Assembly (NCBI GenBank): GCA_965113315.1
Contig: OZ220365.1
Reading direction: 5' to 3' (one strand)
Length of the DNA: 64,000 nucleotides
Source: Podarcis vaucheri
Taxonomy: Eukaryota
Shown piece by piece: positions 1 to 11,150 of the stretch (positions within the stretch are counted from its first letter, which is position 1; every line of letters starts with the position of its first letter). The notes beneath the pieces were generated by a model. The model made no database searches, was not told where the DNA came from, and saw only the letters and a list, made by a program, of their open reading frames with translations. A program made the translations under genes and the position numbers.

Positions 1-1024
1 AAATTTCCTTCAGTTATAACCATCAAAACCCCTTTTGGAAGCAGGAGAAAAGGGGGGAATTTTGATTGTTCAAGCCTGCAGGAGAGAGAGTAAAGAAAGA
101 TAAATTTCCACTGTCTCAAACCTGGGAACGGGGTGCCAGAGACAGAAATTATTGGGGAAGCTCATTGACTGTGAATGGAACGTCTTTTGACAGATAGTTA
201 AAAAAAAAGAGAAACAAACTGATTCCAATGTTGCCTTTTGCAATCAAAAGATACAAAATATAGGAAAAATGAAAGTAATTTTCTTTTGTTGGAACTGTTT
301 ACAAAAGATGGATACAAATAGAAATTGTCTCCTCTAGAGGGAGCTTGTTAAATTGTTGCTGGAGTCGATCTGGGGATTTTACAGCTGCAAGATTAGGATC
401 GTGAGACCAGACTCTGGCCTTGAATAAAAATGTGTTTAGAAGAAGTTTTGGTGCTTGCTTTTTGCAAGACAAGCGCTTTGTTGGAGCAGATGCATGAGAA
501 GATGGATTTGATGACTGTTGCAGTCAAAAACTTTGGACAAACGGCGAATATTCATATAGAAACCATCCAGGAACCAACTCAGGAATTTGTTTTGACAGGG
601 CAAGTGCAAGTGCAGAAGATAATGGAGGAGGTCGCTGTTGAACCTCAAGTAACACAAATGGAGAGACCCGAGGCCCTGCAGGAGCATAAGCCGCTGTTTT
701 TGAAGATTGAATCTGGAGTGGGCCAGGGGGGGTCTGGAGTTGTGGGGGCTTTTAATTTTGGAGGGTCTTTGAAACATGCTTTTAAATACTTTTTGGACTA
801 CAGTGCTGAGTGTGGGGAATGGGACTGTGGGGAATGGGCTGATCTACTGAGGGGAGATGGGGATATTTTTGGGTCGGAGTCTCCCCGAGTTCTATTCCTC
901 AATGAGAAAGGAAAGAAACTAAGAAAAAGATCAACAGAAGACAAGATAAAGTGCAGGTATAAACAAGAAGAAGATCTGCAGAAGGGGCATGGAAGAGACT
1001 TAAGAGCCTCGGACACAAGAGCAC

Positions 1025-1645
1025 CAGGTTAATGGACTAGATGGAATGGACAGTAAGGACTGACATAACCCGAGACCAGGAAGAAGAGACGTTGGATGAA
1101 GATTGGAATAAAGTTTTTTAAAAAAAATATTTTGAGAATTAGTGTAAAACTAATGAGTATTAGGAAAAATGTTGGAATGAAACTATTTGGCTTTAGTAGA
1201 AATGATACAAGGAGTTATGTATAAATAAACATTAAGTTTTAAGCTTTAAAGTATTTTATGGTAAGATAAGGTTAAAATAAATTAAGGTAAATTGAATGAC
1301 AGAACACAGTGAAAGATAGCAAGGATTTGCTGAGTGAATTAATATGTTAGACCGTTAAGATAAATTACTTAACAAAAATTGAGAAAGATTGAAAGAATTT
1401 GCTGGAAAAATTAACTAAACTAGAATACAAAAAGGGAGGTGTGAGGAGGTCGAGGAAACAAGCAAACAAAAGATAAAGATATGGAGTATTGGATGTGTGT
1501 TTTTTATTGTTGTATTGTTGTATTGGTTTTTATGTTTTTTATTTTTATTTTTTATGTATCGAAATGTATGTCTTGTTGATTTTTTTGTTGTTTTCCTTTT
1601 TTCTTTTATTTCTAAACCTCTAATAAATATCTTTTTTTAAAAAAA
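1025..1645 (+). mobile_element. L1-type LINE 3' end (degenerate ORF2 C-terminus and 3' UTR); the repeat probably extends upstream to the window start
   Basis: Resembles the L1 3' end at 56068-56857: purine-rich body, G-rich then T-rich 3' UTR, AATAAA and A-rich end. Confidence 0.5.
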
Positions 1646-1776
1646 GACAAGTTCCAAAGATATACCAGCACCAGGCCATACCAGCTAAGTGTTATAATTG
1701 CACTCTGCTAGTGTAACTCTGTGGGTACAAGAGCCCAAAATGCGTGGCGGTGGGCATAGGGCAGCAGAGGAGCAGG

Positions 1777-1912
1777 AATCATAGATTTGTAGAAAAGGGA
1801 CCACAAGGGTCATTTAGTTCAACCCTCTGCAATGCAGGAATCTCACCCAAATGGGGCTCAAACCCCCAACCCTGAGATTAAAAGTCTCATGCTATACCGT
1901 CTGAGCTATCTC
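1777..1912 (-). mobile_element. tRNA-Lys-derived SINE with CR1-type tail (Squam2-like)
   Basis: Minus strand reads GATAGCTCAG...CATGAGACTTTTAATCTCAGGG...GAGCCCCA (tRNA-Lys-like head) then GATTCCTGCATTGCAG...ATGACCC...TCTATGATTC; related tail fragments at about 3357-3430 (+) and 58325-58395 (-). Confidence 0.6.
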
Positions 1913-2051
1913 TCAACCTGAGCTTGTTTAGCTCTTGGTCCAACTGTAATACTGTGGGGAGGGGATATTGTTTTTGTTTGTTATTATGGCATGCATTTTT
2001 GTGTTTTCATATTATAAACCACTCTGTGATCTTTGGATGAAGGGTGGCGTA

Positions 2052-2052
<1 letters not shown>

Positions 2053-2096
<44 letters not shown>
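2053..2096 (+). repeat. (TAA)n microsatellite, probably a LINE tail
   Basis: About 14 tandem TAA units. Confidence 0.85.
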
Positions 2097-2098
<2 letters not shown>

Positions 2099-2856
2099 CT
2101 GCAATGTGGGGGCTCAGCATGTGAGCCTTGATAAGTCACAAAGACCTGGGTTTGAATCTTGCCTCACCCCACCCCTAACTCAAGAGAAAGCCTTGTGGGA
2201 GGGGGAGATGTGCTTTCCTCCGTTCCCCTCCTTCCTCTCTGCCCCACATATTTACAGTATAGTCTGAGATCCTTTCAGCTCCCAATCCTATGCTGAGGAG
2301 TTAAATTTGAGGCCTTATGCCAGGAGCACATGACATTGCCTTGCACCCTATCAGGTTGTTGGGATACCTAGCTCAATATTGCCTCCATCTGGCTTTGCCA
2401 ACATGGTGCCCACCATGTCCTGCCAATGTGCCTGCCAATCTTCCTTTCAACCCCCCCCCCCCAGTTCAGAAGTCAAACTCTTTTAAGTTTGAGGGAGCTG
2501 CCCCAGTTTTCTCTCTTTACTAGGGTTGCCAAACCCCCAGGGCTGGCCTGAAGCCTCCAGGTTTGCCTCCCATCCCCTCTAGTGGCAGGGTGGTGCTAAG
2601 GCCACACATGCACATCCATCACTTGGTGTACATTACAAGATGGCTTGCATGTGTGAATGGGCTGCTGCAGTGCAGATACACTGCCACATAGGTTCCTATC
2701 ACCTCACAGGCAACCTATTTTCTCAGTGGAGCCAGTTCACAGTCCCCGTCTCCAAGTGAGCAGAGGCTCTGTGTGTGCCGAAATCAAGCCCTCACCCACA
2801 CAGGTGTAGCCAGGCTTTATGTTGGGGGGGGGGAGGGCAGAACCTCAGTGAGTTAT

Positions 2857-3023
2857 GTTTTTTTTCCTAAATAAATGTTTAGGGGTACTCTCATTTTCCT
2901 ACTCATATTGAAATACTGCCCCTCAATGAGGACGAACTTAGATTATTGTTGTATTTTAATATTTTGCTAGAAGCTGCCCAGTGTGGCTGGGGGAACCCAG
3001 CCAGATGGGCAGGATATAAATAA

Positions 3024-3062
<39 letters not shown>

Positions 3063-3128
3063 TATTATTATTATTATACAAAATGTTTAGCGGTATGTGT
3101 ACTCCTGCATCCCCCCAGAAAAAACAGC
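2857..3128. mobile_element. hAT-type MITE (same family as 6064-6198) interrupted by an L2 3' tail fragment ending in (TAA)n(TTA)n
   Basis: Reverse-complement similarity to 6064-6198 on both sides of an insert at about 2945-3077. Confidence 0.55.
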
Positions 3129-3439
3129 TTTGGCTAAGCCCATGGTCACCCACATGCACCCTAAACATTATTTTTTTTGGGGGGGGGAATGCCTTTACAT
3201 TGATGTTTTGCTGCTGAATGCTTTTTGAGACCAGCAGGACTTGGGGTTGCTTATTATGGCTGTTTATAGGGGTTGGTGTGGTTCACACATGCATGAGTTT
3301 TCAGGGAGAAGGGGTGTATATGTGTGTGTGGCCATCTGCCATGGGTGCTTTAGCTGAGATTCCTGCACTGCAGGGGAGGGTTGGATTAGATGACCCTCGG
3401 GGATCCCCTTCCAACTCTTCAGTTCTCTGTTTCTTCGAC

Positions 3440-4400
3440 TCCAAGACAGCGGGAGCCCAGCCCTGCCGAGCAGCAGGATCCCTCAGGGGAGGACCCAGGG
3501 GAGGACCCCGCCGAGACCCCGAGGGAAGCGGCCTCTTTAAAGCGCCCTTGCCGGCGAAGGAGGCGGGGACGTCGCCACAGGAAGTGCCCCCTCCCGGAGC
3601 CGAGGAAGGGGAATAGGCCCCAAGATGGCGGTGGTGGCGGCGGCCGAGCGGCTCCTGTCGGAGGGGGAAGGAGGCGCCATGGACTCGGCGCGGCTCTCGC
3701 CGCCGCCTCTGCCCCAGCCCCGCGGCGGCGGCGGGGAAGCGCAGCCCCTCGAGCAGCTCCCGCAGAGCAACACGCTGGTGGGGCTGCCCATCGTGGCCAT
3801 CGAGGGCATCCTGGGCTTCCTGTCCTACGACGAGACCAGCCAGCTCCGCCTGGTGAGGGGCCGCGTCGTGGGGGGAGAGGGAGGCGCGGGGCCGGGGGTG
3901 GGGAGGAAGGAAGAAGCGACGCCTCGGTCCCCTGCCTTGGCTGGGTGGGGGGGATTTGGGGGCGCGACACTTCGCATCCGTTCGCTTTGCCGTTTTCCCC
4001 CCACCCCACCCCTCCCCTCCGGATTGGCAAGCGTTTCCACTTGGTTTTTTGATTCGGTTCGGGGATCCCAACTCCACGCCTCCTTCCCCGGCTTATCCCT
4101 TTTCCTACTTGATTTGGGAGAGACCGGCGTGGTCGCACTGGATGACCTCTGGATTCCCTTTCCTTTGGAAATCCTCTCTCCCCGCCCCTCCTGCCCACCT
4201 TGAAGAAATCGCCCGCTATTTTTTGGGGGGGGGGAGGGAGGGAGGGAGGGAAAGGGATCCAGCCAGAGGTTTAACGGGGGAGGGCCAAGGATGATGGCCG
4301 CAGGTTGCAGCCCCTTTGCGGCAGAGCTCTATTCGCCTGCTGCGCCTTTTTCGGGAAAGATTGGGAATCGGTGGTACGACGCTGGGGGGGGGGAGTGAAG
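3440..4400. promoter_or_regulatory. FBXO28 CpG-island promoter and first exon
   Basis: Strongly GC/CpG-rich block around exon 1; GC box at 3562-3567, ETS-type CAGGAAGTG at 3578-3586, YY1-type CAAGATGGCGG overlapping the start codon. Confidence 0.75.
3625..3852 (+). CDS. FBXO28: F-box only protein 28, coding exon 1 of 5
   Basis: ATG at 3625 in CAAGATGGCG context inside a CpG island; encodes ...QLPQSNTLVGLPIVAIEGILGFLSYDETSQLRL (start of F-box); GTGAGG donor at 3853; 228 nt, phase 0. Confidence 0.95.
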
Positions 4401-5683
4401 GTCTCTGTAAATCGGATCCTCATTGTATCTCATTAGAACCCTGTTCATATTCAACATTCACCCCCCTTACCCACCCCGCTTCCTTGTATTTTGACTTTTT
4501 CCCCCTTGACAGCGTTTCCATTGCAGACCATCTCTTTATATAGCATGGGCGATGGGACTCTTCCGATGAGGTTGATCGTGTAGAGTTAATTTCCTCTACC
4601 ATGCAAAGAGACTGCGGTACATAATCTGTGCTTTAGGCCTGTGTATCATTTCTATAGTGCTTTCTAGTGAATGGAATGCTTTTCTTTCTTTTGGTAATTA
4701 TTTAATGTAGCTCGTTGTAATTCCATAGAGTTGGGGGCAAGTGTATACTGCTAGGAGCCATTCTCAGAAGATCTCGAGTTCATCTAAACGCAGAAAATCC
4801 ATGTGGCAATAGTCACATGGGAGGGAGGGAATTTGTGAAATAAGAAGAGTATCTACTGCATCTGTTTTAGTTCTGTTCTGATAAAGGCACAGTTTGGATG
4901 CATTCAGTAGCTTTAGAATTTCAGTATCATAAAGCAGATGTTTAATAATCTAAGGCTTATATTCTCCCTAAGCTAGTTCCTAGCTGTGGAATGAAAGCTT
5001 TACTATTGTCAGACTTTCTCCATAAAAAAATCTTAAAACATTATTGAAAAAAATACCTCTAAATTGATGCTTTTTGAGATCAGGTCCATGTTTTGATACA
5101 GTCTACACCAGTGTCCAATGTTAATTTTTAATTTTAATGGATACCCACGTATGTGCCTGTGAATGCCGTCTCTGTAGGTTTCTCTGCAAGAGTATGGCTT
5201 TTTCTCCACAGCAGTACAATCCTTTGTGTATTTACTTGGAAGTAAATCGGATATTCATCAGTTCAGCTTTCCCTCAGGTAATGTGCAATTGCATAGGATT
5301 GCAGTCTAAGGCACTCAACCTTGGGAGTGCCTACTACTTCAGGGTAGATATGCATTGGATTACAACACAGCTTTTTGTGATGAACAGTGTCATTGACTGC
5401 TTAAAGGAGAGCTTATTTTGATTCCTGATGCCTGAGATATTTGACACTTTTTGAAAATAAATATGACAATGAACAGAATTTTGTTTGCTTTATTTCTCTT
5501 GTTGGTATGTGCAACCTATGGTCAAGGCAGTAAGCAAATTGACTAACTTGTAAAGCTTTGACAGGTTTTTCCACCTTTCAGTTTTCATTTTCTGTTACCT
5601 CTTCATCAAACAGCATTACAGCCCTTTGGGGGAAAAAATTAGATAGATGTGTGTAATACCATGACAAACATCTTTGGTTAGAA

Positions 5684-5819
5684 CAGGCATAGGCAAAATT
5701 GGCCTTCCAGCTGTTTTGGGACTACAACTCCCATGATCCCTAGCTAACAGGACCAGTGGTCAGAAATGATGGGAATTGTAGTCCCAAAACATCTGGAGGG
5801 CCGTGTTTGCCTATGACTA
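5684..5819. mobile_element. Palindromic hAT MITE
   Basis: TIR CAGGCATAGGCAAA...TTTGCCTATGACTA; internal GGACTACAA/TTGTAGTCC inverted repeat; perfect 8-bp TSD GGTTAGAA. Confidence 0.85.
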
Positions 5820-6063
5820 GGTTAGAATTGAATTAGAAGGGGAAATGTGCATTATTGCTTTTGCCTCATATTCCTCTGATCTTGGAGGGTGGTTGCCATC
5901 TAACATACAGCCCAGTTTTATACATAAGTGCTCAGAAGCTAGTCTCATTCTGTTCATCGGACTGTACTCACAGGTAAGTGAGTTTAGAATGGCATTCTTA
6001 ATTTATCTTAAATATTCTTAGAATTGGTGTAGCTGAGATTCCTTGCTAAACAGAAGCTGCTAC

Positions 6064-6198
6064 CAGTGCTTTTTTCTGGGGGTACACATACCCCTAAACG
6101 TTTTATGAATCTAAGTTTGGCCTCATTGAGGGGCAGTATTTCAATATGAATAGGGAAATTAGAGTATCCCCCAAACATTTTTTTAGAAAAAAGCACTG
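6064..6198. mobile_element. hAT MITE (CAGTGCTTTTTT TIR)
   Basis: TIRs; 8-bp TSD GCTGCTAC/GCTACTAC. Confidence 0.8.
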
Positions 6199-6594
6199 GC
6201 TACTACAAAGGACAGTTGCGTTGGCCACTTCATCACTGTGCTATGAAAAACTAGCTTGGGTTAAATATTAAAGCTTTATAAGAAAGTAACAGTGGATTTC
6301 TAGTTGCTATTGTGAAGCAAACACCAAACCCTCTCTTTTCTCAGCTGATGTGTTTACGTAGGCATCAAACTGATGTAGCTAAGCAGCCAAACATTCTATC
6401 CGCTTCACAGTGCATAGCAATTGACGGGAAAGATCCAAGTAAGATTCCTTCTTTGCTTCAGTGGCTTGAAGAGTGGAATTAATCATATACAGTTGATCAT
6501 ATTCATGGTACATAATGCAAATCTGATAAACCTGTACAAGCTGCCTAAAAGGTTCAGTATCCTACAGTTGCCCAACTTGTTTCCTTTTCCAGTA

Positions 6595-6829
6595 CAGTGC
6601 TACCTTGGTTCTCAAACTTTATCCTTTTTGGGACTCCTTTCGATTCCCAAAACCGTTCAAAAAGCAAGGCACGGCTTCCAATTGGCTGCAGGAGCTTCCT
6701 ACACTCAAGCAGAAGTTGCGTCAGATGTTTGGCTTTCAAAAAACATTCACAAACCAGAACACTTCCGGGTTTGCGGCATTTGGGAGCTGATTTCTTTGAC
6801 AACTAAGCCATTTGCGAACCAAGGCACTG
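6595..6829. mobile_element. Tc1/mariner/pogo-type MITE
   Basis: TA-flanked CAGTGCTACCTTGGTTC...GAACCAAGGCACTG; internal sequence shared with 29970-30213. Confidence 0.75.
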
Positions 6830-7140
6830 TACTTGTCCCATTTGTTTGTTGGAGCAGAGATGGCCCTATGCCGTGTTCCCATAGTGCAGCTTAGGAGCGC
6901 CTTGTGCAGTTTACTCCTCTCTGTCTAATAGAAGCGGCAAAAACAGTTGTGCTTAGTGACGTGCTTATATTTATATGAGTGTTTTTGAAGCACAGTGTCC
7001 CTCCAGTGCAAGGGGGAATTGATTATTTGAAGGATATGTATGAGAATAACTTAAGCTGCCCTGCTCAGAAGTGAGACAGATGGAAGGACAGTCTTAGGTT
7101 TTGTTCTAGGTGCCTTGGGCTCATGTAGCACAAAACCCTA

Positions 7141-9717
7141 CAGTGGTGCCTCGCAAGACGAAATTAATTTGTTCCGTGAGTTTTTTCGTCTAGCGAATTT
7201 TTCGTCTTGCGAAGCACGAAATCCCATAGGAATGCATTGAAATTCAATTAATGCGTTCCTATGGTCAAAAAAAGTCCAAACAAAGCCAAATTTGGTACAA
7301 CAAGAGTTTATTAAGTGCTCTGTAAAGTCACACATACTGTAAAGAGCATTTCAAAAACTGAAGGAATAATAAATTAAGTTTCTAAACATGACAGAAAAAC
7401 ATTTAAAAATCAACAAAGTGTACTGTACATTTTCTAAGACTCTGTGGGACAACTCGAAGAAGGTTCCTCTTCCACTCTTTGTTTCTTGCTGAAGAACCTG
7501 TCCATGGTTTGCTGCTTCATCTGCCTTTTCAGCACCTCCCTGAAAGGCGACATGACCCTCGTATCAAAAGTGTTCGCTTGGTCATGTGCCACGTGCTTGT
7601 CAGGGTGGTGCCGCTGTGCAAAAGCCTGCACATCCTTCCACTTCAGGCAAATGTCCCTCAGTTCTTTGGAGGACAGCCGTTCCTCAGTTGCTTCCTCCTC
7701 TTCCAGCGAGGCCTGCTCCTGCGCAGCCTCTGCCTGCAGTTCGACCAGCTCATGGGTGGTCAGCTCGTGGTCGTGCTCCTCCACCAGCTCGCTGATGTCC
7801 TCCTCTGTGGCCTCCAGGCCCATGGTCCTCCCCAAGGCAACAATGTCCTGCACCACTGTTGACTCTGGTGCATCAGAGTCACTTGGTGCCACACAGTCCG
7901 GCCACAGGCTGCGCCAAGCGCAATTCAAATTTCTCTGGCTGATCCCGTTCCAGGCCGTGGTGATCATCCTCAAGCAGGTGATAATGTCGAAGTGGTCCTT
8001 CCAGAATTCCCGCAGGGTGATGGTGGTGCAATCAGTCACCTCGAAGCATCACCTGAAAAGCTCCTTGGTGTAGAGTTTTTTTGAAATTGGCGATGACCTG
8101 CTGATCCATCGGCTGGAGCAGTGGCGTGGTGTTAGGCGGTAGGAACATGATACTGATGAAGCTGAACTCCTCCAACAAGTCCTCCTCAAGGCCTTTAGGA
8201 TGAGCAGGAGCATTGTCCATCAGAAGCAAAGCCTTCAGCGGCAGGTCGTTGTCCAGCAGGTACTGTTTGACAGCAGGGCCAAAAGCACGATTGACCCAGT
8301 CCACAAACAGCACACGTGTGACCCAAGCCTTACTGTTGGATCGCCACATGACACTCAGCCGCTCCTTGTTGACCTTGTGTTTCTTGAAGGCCCGTGGGTT
8401 CTCCGAGTGGTACACCAGCAGGGGCTTGATCTTCAGGTCGCCGCTTGCGTTGGCACAGAAGAGCAGGGTCAGACGGTCCTTCATGGGCTTGTGGCCAGGC
8501 AACTTGGCCTCCTCCTGTGTGAATGAAAGTCCTTTTGGGCATCCTCTTCCAAAACAGCCCGGTCTCGTTGCAGTTGAAGACCTGCTGTGGAATGTAGCCC
8601 TCCATCTTCACAACCTCCAGGAACTCCGCTGCAAAGTCTTCAGCCACAGAAACATCAGAACTGGCAGCCTCTCCATGCCTGACCACGCTGTGGATTCCAG
8701 ATCTTGTCTTGAACCGGTCAAACTAGCCTCTGCTTGCCATGAAGACTTCTGGCTCGCCTGAGGTTCCTGGCTGTTCCCAGACGAGGTCTGCGTGCAAGGC
8801 CTTGGCCTTCTCACAAATGACGGCCTCAGTCACTGTGTCCCCTGCATGCTGCTTCTCTTCTAACCAGATGAGCAGCAGCTTCTCCACCTCCTCCAGAACA
8901 GCTGGGCGGTTCTTCACGATCTTGGTGACTCCCTTGGCTGCATCAGTCACAAGGATCTTCTCCCTCATCTTCAGGATGGTCCCGATGGTCAATGGATTCC
9001 TCCCGTACTCCCTGGCGAGGTCTGTCACACGCATTCCACCGTCGTGCTTCCGGATGATCTCCTTCTTCATTTCCAGCGTAACCTTCACCTTCTTCCCCTC
9101 GTCGGCCTCTGCAGCAGCAGTCTTCTTGGGTCCCATGGCAGCACAGCTCCTACCTTCGCACCCCCCCCCCAAAAAATCAGTGCTTCACATCCAAAAAATT
9201 CAAAAGCACCCAGCCACCCACCACACAGAAATTCAAACCCAGAATTTTTTTTTTTTAAAAAAAGCAGAGTGGCCCAATGGTCACAAAAAATCATAAAAAT
9301 GCAGAAAAAAACCACACAAGCTTCCAGATTCTTGCAAACCCCTCCCCAACACCAAGTCCTTGAATTCCAAACACCCCAACCCAAAATCCAAAAAACCCCA
9401 AAAAAGTTTTAAAAGTTTAACTTACCGAATGGCTGCAAAAGAAGTTTTGCAAAAGCTTCAAAAATCACCAAAGTCTTCAAAAACCTCAAAAAAGGCTACC
9501 ACACCGCGTGCTATGAGTTGCTCTTCGAAGTCAAGTCGCAACTGCACCTCTTCAAGCAATGCACCCTGGGTATTAACGGTTTTACGAAAAAGGAAACAAA
9601 CTTGCAAGACGTTTTGTCTTGTGAAGCAAGCCCATAGGAAAATTCGTCTTGCGAAGCAGTTCAAAAAACGAAAAACCCTTTTGTCTAGCGAGTTTTTCGT
9701 CTTGCGGGGCACCACTG
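7141..9717 (-). mobile_element. Full-length Tigger/pogo DNA transposon in FBXO28 intron 1
   Basis: About 23-bp TIRs CAGTGGTGCC(T/C)CGCAAGACGAAA, TA target duplications at both ends, 2577 bp, internal transposase on the minus strand. Confidence 0.93.
7434..9136 (-). pseudogene. Disabled Tigger/pogo transposase (psq and CENP-B HTH domains, DD36D catalytic domain)
   Basis: Starts MGPKK...; TAG at 8723-8725 where W is expected in SRG*F; FNCNETGLFW (first catalytic D>N); frameshifts near 8520 and 8080; LLMDNAPAHP and LQPMDQ motifs; C-terminal QQTMDRFF PIP-box. Confidence 0.9.
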
Positions 9718-10539
9718 TACTGCCCTATATGCAACTTGATTTTGCTGTTGGCCATGACGCTACCCACTCAGCAGTGTTTAGCCCAAAGAGTTCAGACCAG
9801 GCTCTTCGTTACAAAGATTGAATGGAGATAATCATTCTGGGCTCCCATCTTCTATCACAGTTAAGATAATCCTCCTATCATGTAACAATTCTCCATCTGG
9901 TGATTCTGAAACATATGCAGATGTGAGGAATTACTGACAGAGCAAGTTAAGCAGAAAAAATTAAGCAACTAAACAAGCAAATATCCAGTTATTGGGAAAG
10001 TGTTCTACGACCAATTTCAGGCAGCTTCTCAACAGACAGATGAATACATGGTAGAACATGAGCAGTAGTTCTTATGTGTTTTCCTTGTTCTGATTTTAAC
10101 CTTAATATTAACATGTGCAACAATAGGCTTATGAAACAGGTGATGAGTACAAAGAAACAGAACGGAAAATTACTAAACTTCTGATCCCAGCCACCCCTTT
10201 ATCTTATATAAAAATGCACCTTGAAAATATTGGAGTATTTGTATGTGTTTAAGATGCCTTGTTTAATTGCCCTGTTGTGTTCTTTCACTTTATAGTGGTG
10301 TGCTGACATCCATAGTGCACAAGGTGCTTTCAATTTGTGGGATTGGAGCAACAACCTCCATGGCACATCCCTTTTGAAGGCGTTCAATGTTCTGGTACGC
10401 ACACTGGGTACTAGGTTATTATTCATTTGTGAACCCCAGGACTGCTCTGGAAGAGCAAAGGAGAGAAACTGGATAATGGGTGGGTGATTCCAGACACCAT
10501 ATTCTGTTCAGTACCAGTAGCTTCAACCAGGATAATGGA

Positions 10540-11150
10540 AGCAGAGGCGATCATGAATTTGACACTGTTTGGCACCGTGTTTACATCCTGTGCTGATCAA
10601 TATGCAGCTGACTCTTCACTCTATCCGCTCACCCCAGGCATGCCGAGGTATTTTTAAGCTGGTGCTTGGAGACTGTCGAAGAATGGATGAGAAAGAACAA
10701 GCTGTAGCTTGATCCAGACAAGATGAAAGTCAGATCTCATATTAGTTCTCCATGCACTTGTCTCATTAAGACTGGGCTACTGTAATGCACCTTTGAAGAA
10801 AGTCTAGAAACTTTGAACTAGTACAGAATGTGATTGCCTGGTTCTTGGCAGGGGCCAAAAATCTGGAGGTGTTATCCAAATATTGTGTCAGTTGCAATGA
10901 TTATCAGTGAGTTTCCAGGCCAAATTCAAAGTGCTTTGAAGCACTGAATGACTTGGTATCTGTGTCTGATTGGGAATATAAATGAGGGTAGTTAACTGGG
11001 TTTTGCATAAGCTATTGTTATTTTATACTGATGTTTATTGTTGCTGTTTCTTAAAAAACATTTTTGTGTTATGGATTTGTACTTTGAAATATTGTACGCT
11101 GCTCTGTGGAGTCCTTTTTCAAAGAGCAGAGTATAAATCCATTAAATAAA
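10540..11150 (+). mobile_element. Old, degenerate L2 LINE fragment
   Basis: Remnants of the QYADD and RLDYCN coding motifs (CAATATGCAGCTGACTC, AGACTGGGCTACTGTAATGC) and an AATAAATAA tail. Confidence 0.55.

Noticed and set aside
430-1032. 200-aa ORF
   Set aside because: No recognisable domain or exon structure; it runs directly into an L1-like 3' end and is probably repeat-derived.
1850-1912. tRNA-Lys-like sequence on the minus strand
   Set aside because: The acceptor stem and T-arm are degraded and it continues into a SINE body and tail; not a tRNA gene.
3027-3077. (TAA)n(TTA)n AT-only hairpin
   Set aside because: Explained as a slipped or partly inverted LINE tail microsatellite.
3218-4294. 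Many overlapping long ORFs on both strands
   Set aside because: Expected from stop-poor GC-rich CpG-island sequence; only 3625-3852 splices into FBXO28. The same applies to 43424-44278 and 57179-57727.
7444-9296. Plus-strand ORFs of 100-209 aa
   Set aside because: Antisense shadows of the Tigger transposase.
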